Source: a virus
Taxonomy: Duplodnaviria > Caudoviricetes
Direction: 5' to 3' (one strand)
IMG/VR virus record: IMGVR_UViG_3300020519_000016
Span: 1-30,885 of that record
Length of the DNA: 30,885 nt
Numbering within the stretch: the stretch's first letter is position 1; each line of letters starts with the position of its first letter. The translations under genes and the position numbers were made by a program. Below are positions 24,772 to 30,885 of the stretch, piece after piece. The notes under the pieces were generated by a model, which was not told the origin of the DNA, did not search any database, and was given only the letters and a program-made list of their open reading frames with translations.

Positions 24772-25583
24772 TATAGTTCTGCCGATACACCAATTAACAT
24801 AGTGCCACCAAGAGCTGAAGTACCCCCAGCAGCGGCAAGACCTGATGCGCCACTAGATATAAGACCTAAAGCAGTTGTTGTTGCTGTATTTAAAGCAACA
24901 CTACCACTACCACTACCCGCTGCTGTGCTAAATTGTAAACTTCCAGCATTTAAGTTTGTAAATGAAGTAGGGGCAATACGCATTGTGCATACAAGAGGTA
25001 TTGTAGACCTTGCATCTGTTGTACTAAAGGTGTTTCCTGCATAGCTATAAGTAAACATTTGAATTGCTTGAAAGTACCTTTGACACATAGCTAACTCACG
25101 ACCATAGTCACGCACATCAAACGATGTAGCCACAGCACCTAACTCTAACTGAGGTTTACTTAATGTTCCTTCATTAAACTCAACACTCATAGTTGTGCCA
25201 ACAGTTTGACCAGTAATTACTATAGGACTAGCTGCATAAGAACCTGAAGGTGTTGCACTATTAACTGCGTAACGAGCTTGAGCTGTGCCTGTCCAAGACA
25301 ATACAAAGCTAGTGCCGTTTACATTCTTATCTTCCACCACTTGAATTAAAGACTTTCCTGACGCAATGGTAATGGTTGTGCTTGTAGCTAACTGTGTAAA
25401 AGAATAGTTACCACCACTAGCTCCAGCCTTCCATCTGTCGTGACCGTAAGAACCTGAGGCAAGCGTAGCGCCTGAAACATAAGCCCGTTGATTGATTGTA
25501 AAGCCAGCGTCAATAAGCAGGTTTTTATAGCCAAATGTATTTGGGGTGTTTATCCCACTTGTTCCATCTAAAACTATTGCCAT
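24771..25583 (-). CDS. fibre / receptor-binding protein
   Basis: KNLLID.GF.INQR...DRW...QLE.G..AT.F...ELAMCQRYF carbohydrate-binding-like module. Confidence 0.75.
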   Translation of the reverse strand: MAIVLDGTSGINTPNTFGYKNLLIDAGFTINQRAYVSGATLASGSYGHDRWKAGASGGNYSFTQLATSTTITIASGKSLIQVVEDKNVNGTSFVLSWTGTAQARYAVNSATPSGSYAASPIVITGQTVGTTMSVEFNEGTLSKPQLELGAVATSFDVRDYGRELAMCQRYFQAIQMFTYSYAGNTFSTTDARSTIPLVCTMRIAPTSFTNLNAGSLQFSTAAGSGSGSVALNTATTTALGLISSGASGLAAAGGTSALGGTMLIGVSAEL

Positions 25584-25584
25584 G

Positions 25585-25833
25585 TTAAGCTCCTACTTTC
25601 GCTACCTGTTCTTGATAAGCTGCTACAACTTCCTCTGTCCATGCTGCGTTAGCAATGGCTGCTACATTAGCAGGAACGCCAGTTAAGTCTGATGCAGGGG
25701 ATAGTGAACTACGGTGATAGGTTTGTGCTATCTGCGCACCATCTTTTAAAATGCGAGTAGCCTCACGGTATAGGATAGTGCCGTTTTCCGTAACTGTGAT
25801 TTGGTCTATTGTCTTTGTTTCTGTTAATGCCAT
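25585..25833 (-). CDS. small fibre-associated protein (possible chaperone)
   Basis: MALTETKTIDQITVTENG...YHR...AWTEEVVAAY; AAGGAG RBS. Confidence 0.7.
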   Translation of the reverse strand: MALTETKTIDQITVTENGTILYREATRILKDGAQIAQTYHRSSLSPASDLTGVPANVAAIANAAWTEEVVAAYQEQVAKVGA

Positions 25834-25875
25834 TTCTGTTTCTCCTTTGTGTCCGACTACACTAATATGGTGTAG

Positions 25876-26463
25876 TTAATCGTAAGTAATATAACTAAAA
25901 ATATAGGTTTTTGAACCTGCAATTGAAGCATAAGATGGAATAAAAAGATATGCGTTTACTGTTGATACTCCAGAATTTCCTACATAACCAGCTTTAGAAT
26001 CAGAATCATTAGCACAAGTACCTGCTCTATTATTAGCAGCATTTTGGGTAAAAGGTAATGTAAAATTCATATAAGCTAAAGTTGAACCTGTTGTTACATT
26101 TATAGTAAAAGTGCCATTTAATATAGTTTGCCTACCTATTTTTGTATATGTACCATTTGCTAATGTTGGTGTGCCTGTAATGTTAATCAACGAGCCAACA
26201 GTTGTAGTCCAAGTACCTTCCTCATAATCATCTAGCGTATTAGCATCAGCACTGGCTGATTGTGTGGCAGGGAATGTGATACCTGCGCCTGATGCACTTG
26301 GAGTAGCTCCACCGACACCGATGGTTGTCGTAAAGCTAGGTGTGGTTAAAGTAGCCATAGTGCCACTAGTTGTAGGCAAAGTAATAACCGTACTTCCTGA
26401 TACTGCTGGTGCGTCTAGTGTGACACTACCACTCGTGTTACCAGCTATAATTACACCCGACAT
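25876..26463 (-). CDS. fibre protein
   Basis: SGSVTL.APAV.G...ITLP..SGT adaptor N-terminus; ANTLDDYEEGTWT...G.YTKIGR C-terminal domain. Confidence 0.8.
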   Translation of the reverse strand: MSGVIIAGNTSGSVTLDAPAVSGSTVITLPTTSGTMATLTTPSFTTTIGVGGATPSASGAGITFPATQSASADANTLDDYEEGTWTTTVGSLINITGTPTLANGTYTKIGRQTILNGTFTINVTTGSTLAYMNFTLPFTQNAANNRAGTCANDSDSKAGYVGNSGVSTVNAYLFIPSYASIAGSKTYIFSYITYD

Positions 26464-26464
26464 A

Positions 26465-27361
26465 TTATTTAACTCCTTCTAGTGCTTCTAATCTTGAGGT
26501 TAGATTAGTGAGTGATTCTTGCAAATCAGTAATGATTTGTTGTTGTTCTTGGATGGCTTTAATAAGAATAGGCACAAATACAGAATACTTAACCGCTTTG
26601 GTTGTTGTACCTAAATCATTATTGTCTTTATCTTTATCTTCTGTTTCTTCAATTAAAGATGGAAATACAGATTCTAATTCTTGAGCAATAACACCAATTT
26701 GTTTTTGGTCAGGGTCAATTTTTAAATTATAGTTACGGATTTTAACTTGCAGCAACTTATCAAGTTTAGGAGTTGCATCAATTATGTTTTCTTTAAGTTT
26801 AATGTCTGAAATTGCGCCATAGCTATTGTTGACATTTTGTATATTACCATTGCCAACAATTTTAAACCGTTCTGAACCAAAGTTACTAGACCAACCTTGA
26901 AGAAAATTAAATCCTGTTCCTGCTGTTGCTCCTGTAACTAAACCAAGAACACCAGAATTATAAGCAACATTTGTTGCGTTTATAAGACAAACACCACCAG
27001 TACCACTATGCTCAGCATAAACAGAATTAAATGAACTATTTGTTTGATATGCACTTAATTTAGCAGTGCCTGATGTAGAGCCAACCATCAAATTCCCACT
27101 AGAGTCAATACGCATTGCTTCAGCACCACCCTCAGCAAAAGCGATAGTGTCAGCCGCAGGAAAGAACATACCTGTGTTAGTGTCACCAGTAGTAGTAATA
27201 GCAGGTGCTGCTGCTGTACCTGCAACAAAAGCTGCTCTTTGTGAAGCATCTATAGTTACTGCAGTTGTCCCTGCCGTTTGTATGTTTAAGATACCAGTAT
27301 TATCTGCTGTGGTAATTACACCACCAACTCCCGAGGTCGAAGCATTTATCGTTGAAGCCAT
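26465..27361 (-). CDS. fibre protein with C-terminal peptidase S74 chaperone
   Basis: GDTNTGMFFPAADTIAF, MRIDSSGN, SDIKLKENI...IGVIAQELE...VKY...LIKAIQEQQ. Confidence 0.85.
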   Translation of the reverse strand: MASTINASTSGVGGVITTADNTGILNIQTAGTTAVTIDASQRAAFVAGTAAAPAITTTGDTNTGMFFPAADTIAFAEGGAEAMRIDSSGNLMVGSTSGTAKLSAYQTNSSFNSVYAEHSGTGGVCLINATNVAYNSGVLGLVTGATAGTGFNFLQGWSSNFGSERFKIVGNGNIQNVNNSYGAISDIKLKENIIDATPKLDKLLQVKIRNYNLKIDPDQKQIGVIAQELESVFPSLIEETEDKDKDNNDLGTTTKAVKYSVFVPILIKAIQEQQQIITDLQESLTNLTSRLEALEGVK

Positions 27362-27371
27362 ATTTTTTCCT

Positions 27372-29930
27372 TTATAAAACTACCCATCTTGAGCCACTAG
27401 GCACGGTTACCGTTACACCACTTGCTATCGTTACTGCGCCTACAGAACTAGCAGAGTAGCCTGAAGGGATGGTATAGCTTGCACCAATTGTCATGTTGTT
27501 TATTACTAAACCGTTTGTTGCTGATACTACTGAACCTGTTACCGCAGCCGTTGCTGTTAAGTTAGTTGAGGTAACTGAAGTCAAGCCAGCTAGTGTAGTA
27601 GAGCTACTGCCTAAGCTGATTGCTGTCGTACCTACCGTTACAGCAGAGTTAGTTAGCTGACTGTTACCAATGCCACCTAGTGTGCCACCTAATGTTAGGT
27701 TGCCTGAGCTAGTGACAGTGCCTGTTAGCGTAATACCATTGACTGTGCCTGTACCGCCTACGCTAGTAACAGTGCCAGTAGTATTGGATTTATTGTTAAA
27801 GGTATTCCAATCTGTGCTAGACAAGTAACCGTTAGTGCTTGTAGTAGCCTGGCTAATGCTGATAGCAGGGGTAGCACCACCAGTAGACGCAATAGGCGCT
27901 GTGCCTGTTACGCTTGTTACTGTGCCGCTAGGTGTCGTGATAGTGAAGTTAGGGTAAGTCCCTGTCACTATTGCACCACCAGCACCTGTAATGGCTACTG
28001 TTTGGTCTGGAGCTGAGTTGGTTACAGTTACTGCACCAGCCGCATTGCCAATAGATATGCCTGTGCCAGCAGTTAAAGGTGCATTTACCCATTTGCCAGA
28101 AGTTTGATTGCGTATTAGCAAATCACCATTAGCAGGTGTTGTTACTTGCACATCGCCTTCGTATTGGCCTAGTATGCCACCAAAGGATGGTCGTATAAAC
28201 AATGAGCCATTAGATGCAGCGTGAACTACAGCACACACTTGAACTTTAGGATTAGGCGCTGATGGTAAATTTTTTGTCAATCCACCAGCAACAGTAGGGT
28301 CATAATAAAGTATTTGACCGTCAATCCAAGCTTCTGCTCCACCAGTAGTGTTAATGCCGCGAACTAAACCAAAGCTAGTTACATATATCCAATCATTTAA
28401 CGCACCGCTTTCAGTAGCTACGCCCATGACATAAGACGCAGTAGAGGCAGTCAATCCTGTGGCTGGAGCGCCTGTTAAGCCCCCACTAGCACCAACAGTG
28501 CCTGTAACCATTACCACTTGGCCTTCCGTAACGGCGGCAGAACATTTAATTCTGTAGTATTGCTCTTGGCCTATTTGCTGAATGGCGTTACCGCCTTCCA
28601 TAACTAAGCTTAGTGTTTGTGCTGCGTCAGCGTTATCCCAATACAATGTACCTTGGGCTGTTGGCAATGTTGTAGGCGTAATGTCAAATTCAACAGAATT
28701 AGTGTTAGCTATATCACCGTTGTCGGTAACAGTTACTGTAGAGTTTTGTATTAATTTGCCTGTCGTTAAATTATAACGAGCTATGGCATTATCCGTAGCA
28801 CTTGCAGGGCCTACTACATCACCACCCAATGAAGGTGATGTGTTGCTGATTGTAAAGTTAGGGTATGTGCCGCTTGTGCTTATGCCTGTGCCAGCCGTTA
28901 AAGCAACTACTTGGTCAGGCGCTGTGTTGTTAATGGTAAAGTTAGGATATGTCCCAGTTACATCAATAGCCGTACCGTCTGTTAAAGCTACAGTTTGGTC
29001 AGGCGCAGAGTTAGTAATTACACCTGTGCCACTATCGTAGCTTATGCCTGTGCCAGCACTTACTGATGCTCTAGCCTTAGCTGTCGTAAAGTATTCGTTA
29101 GTGCCTTCTGCTATGTCTGTCGTAGTTAGCACCACAGTGCCTGTAAAACCGTTTACAGAGGTTACAGCGTCAGTGTTGTCTATCTTTTCCCATACAGAGC
29201 CGTTAAACACAGCCCAATCGCCTACTTTCCAATCGGTAATGCCATTTAGGTTAGTAGAGCCAGCAACTGACACGACATAGTAAAAGCCTTTAGTGCCAGC
29301 AGAGCTAGTCAATGTAGGCGTGTTAGTAGATGCGTTCCATGTGCCTTGATAGTTTAAGTCACCCATTTGTGGGATTTGACTTGTTGGCACTTTACCACCA
29401 GCGTCTAGTGTCGCAACGCCGTTAGCAGAGCCAGCGTCTAAGTAGGCAGCAGTGCCTAAGTCACCTGGTTGGATAGCAGTGTCAGCCAATGTACCTTGAG
29501 CGGCAGTAGCAAAGCTAGAAGCGTTATAGCCACTATCCTTGATTAGCTTGCCTGTGGTCATGTTGAACGCAGCAAAGTTGTTAGCTACAGCACTAGCAGG
29601 GCCAGTTACATCACCAGCACTCAATAACACAGCCTCTGATGGTAAATCTAGGAATATATCCTTGTCACCGCTACCAAAATAGACCAATGCACCACCGTTA
29701 GATGATGACAGCACTGTGTCACGAGAGATGTAGTTACCTGCTGATACATAAGTACCAACACCCACTTCCCACTCGTTGCTTGTATTGTCTACAATCGTGT
29801 AGTAGGTAGTAGAACCATTGCCGATTACGGAGAATGGTTGATAGTTTGCTTGAGCGCCTGATAATGCAGCGTTCCCTGTACCAGCGACAGTAGTCGTTTC
29901 TAATACTCTATCCGCTAGGACTAATGCCAT
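27372..29930 (-). CDS. long fibre protein (852 aa) with internal repeats
   Basis: MALVLADRV.ETT N-terminus; Thr/Gly-rich; three APDQ.VA.T...GTYPNFTI repeats; two GDV.GPASA..N..A.....TGKLI repeats; C-terminus VTVPSGSRWVVL. Confidence 0.85.
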   Translation of the reverse strand: MALVLADRVLETTTVAGTGNAALSGAQANYQPFSVIGNGSTTYYTIVDNTSNEWEVGVGTYVSAGNYISRDTVLSSSNGGALVYFGSGDKDIFLDLPSEAVLLSAGDVTGPASAVANNFAAFNMTTGKLIKDSGYNASSFATAAQGTLADTAIQPGDLGTAAYLDAGSANGVATLDAGGKVPTSQIPQMGDLNYQGTWNASTNTPTLTSSAGTKGFYYVVSVAGSTNLNGITDWKVGDWAVFNGSVWEKIDNTDAVTSVNGFTGTVVLTTTDIAEGTNEYFTTAKARASVSAGTGISYDSGTGVITNSAPDQTVALTDGTAIDVTGTYPNFTINNTAPDQVVALTAGTGISTSGTYPNFTISNTSPSLGGDVVGPASATDNAIARYNLTTGKLIQNSTVTVTDNGDIANTNSVEFDITPTTLPTAQGTLYWDNADAAQTLSLVMEGGNAIQQIGQEQYYRIKCSAAVTEGQVVMVTGTVGASGGLTGAPATGLTASTASYVMGVATESGALNDWIYVTSFGLVRGINTTGGAEAWIDGQILYYDPTVAGGLTKNLPSAPNPKVQVCAVVHAASNGSLFIRPSFGGILGQYEGDVQVTTPANGDLLIRNQTSGKWVNAPLTAGTGISIGNAAGAVTVTNSAPDQTVAITGAGGAIVTGTYPNFTITTPSGTVTSVTGTAPIASTGGATPAISISQATTSTNGYLSSTDWNTFNNKSNTTGTVTSVGGTGTVNGITLTGTVTSSGNLTLGGTLGGIGNSQLTNSAVTVGTTAISLGSSSTTLAGLTSVTSTNLTATAAVTGSVVSATNGLVINNMTIGASYTIPSGYSASSVGAVTIASGVTVTVPSGSRWVVL

Positions 29931-30885
29931 TATGCCACCCCGACTATTTTACCGTCTGCGCCTCTTACCACTTGCTTAGGTTTAGTTAATTGTTGCACTA
30001 AGTTCTCGTGAGCCATTTGTTGTTGCGTCAATAGGTCAGTGTTATGTTGAGCTTGTACGGCCACCATAGTAGCCATGTTGTTGTTGATAGCCTCAACCAA
30101 GCCTGATAACGCAGATGTAGGTTGCTCAATGCCACCAGGAGTGATTTCAGTAAGACCTTCTTGCTCTTTGCCAGCGTTAATATCCAATGACTTAAGCTGT
30201 AAGTCTGTCTTAGCGTTAATCTCGGCCACAACAACCCTAGTTTGGTTATCTAAATCAGCTTTGTATTTCTCAAACTCTAGCTTTTGACCTTCCAACTGCA
30301 TACGCATTTGCTCTAGTTGAGCTTCCATCTGCATCTTTTGTTGTTCAGCCTGGGCTTTAATCATTTCGGGGTCTGGAGCTGGTGGTTGTGGGTTAGCAGC
30401 CGCTTGCATTTGTTTTTCTTTCTCTGCATCAGCAAATGTATCAAACTCACCCTCAAGCGTACGACCAACACGGAAGCCTTGTACACCAAACTTGAGCAAG
30501 TCCATCAACAATGGAGTCAACTCAGGCACAGCTTGAGCGCCTTGTATAGCTTTCTCGATGAACGAGCTTGTTGCTTGCAAGAACTCTACACGGTCTTGCT
30601 TCTCTTGGGCTTCATCAGCGTATAGCATAGAGTCAGTAGCAATCTCAATGCGGAATGTACGCATAGGGCTGTCTTTTAGCAACTCAATAGCTTGTGGCAC
30701 TAATTGTTGGTCTGTTTGACTTAGCAACTCAGCACCACCAATTTTGATGATGGTTTCAGGTTGGAAGTGTTGACAGATAATCTGTGCTTTAATTTTAAGT
30801 ATTTGTGAGGCAAAGCGGGCCACTTCGTCTTGGTAAGTCTTAAGACGCAATGTAGCGTACTGACCTTTGATTTGTTGAGCAGTAG
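29930..30885 (-). CDS. portal protein (3' part; runs off the window end)
   Basis: Frame stays open beyond the track start (TAQQIKGQYATLRL...); FRIEIATDS, PDPEM, long Gln-rich coiled-coil barrel; upstream of the scaffold/MCP. Confidence 0.8.
   Translation of the reverse strand, partial: TAQQIKGQYATLRLKTYQDEVARFASQILKIKAQIICQHFQPETIIKIGGAELLSQTDQQLVPQAIELLKDSPMRTFRIEIATDSMLYADEAQEKQDRVEFLQATSSFIEKAIQGAQAVPELTPLLMDLLKFGVQGFRVGRTLEGEFDTFADAEKEKQMQAAANPQPPAPDPEMIKAQAEQQKMQMEAQLEQMRMQLEGQKLEFEKYKADLDNQTRVVVAEINAKTDLQLKSLDINAGKEQEGLTEITPGGIEQPTSALSGLVEAINNNMATMVAVQAQHNTDLLTQQQMAHENLVQQLTKPKQVVRGADGKIVGVA

Noticed and set aside
24771-29930. Diversity-generating retroelement or shufflon acting on fibre genes
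   Set aside because: No reverse transcriptase or invertase, no near-identical TR/VR pair, and all fibre genes are co-oriented; internal repeats are diverged protein-level repeats.
2484-30625. Antisense or alternate-frame ORFs in the track (e.g. 3126-3383, 7008-7496, 14365-14658, 22356-22727, 27066-27377, 28582-29280, 30317-30625)
   Set aside because: They are shadows of well-supported genes on the opposite strand or in another frame, with no RBS or recognisable motifs.
1-30885. Integrated prophage with att sites
   Set aside because: No integrase, host genes or attachment junction is visible; lifestyle cannot be determined from this window.

Overview
The window is about 31 kb of a tailed dsDNA phage (podovirus-like virion module), with no bacterial housekeeping genes. 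Its layout from left to right is: (1) a leftward replication/recombination operon (two N6A/N4C DNA methyltransferases, RusA, DUF1364-like nuclease, NinB, SF4 helicase, stand-alone primase Zn-finger, replication initiator, HNH); (2) a divergent control region at ~5556-5870; (3) a rightward early operon of small genes (Xis-like HTH, ERF recombinase, SSB-like, DUF3310); (4) a long leftward late operon running from the portal (partial) through a fibre cluster, scaffold, capsid, tail, ejection proteins and lysis genes. The best signals are all missing from the ORF track. First is a 23-aa pqqA (PQQ precursor peptide, MWTTPAATEMRFGFEVTMYVMNK, 9036-9107 minus) with its own RBS and a putative activator-dependent promoter, pointing to a Methylophilaceae-type methylotroph host. 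Second is a pseudoknotted structured element directly downstream of pqqA. Third is a 25-bp inverted repeat linking the pqqA 3' end to a res-like palindrome cluster 6.2 kb away. Fourth is a C4/CI-like antisense-RNA cloverleaf, with matching upstream targets, that sequesters the RBS of the first replication-operon gene, where no protein repressor is visible. All calls are from reading the sequence and recalled family motifs; no searches were run.
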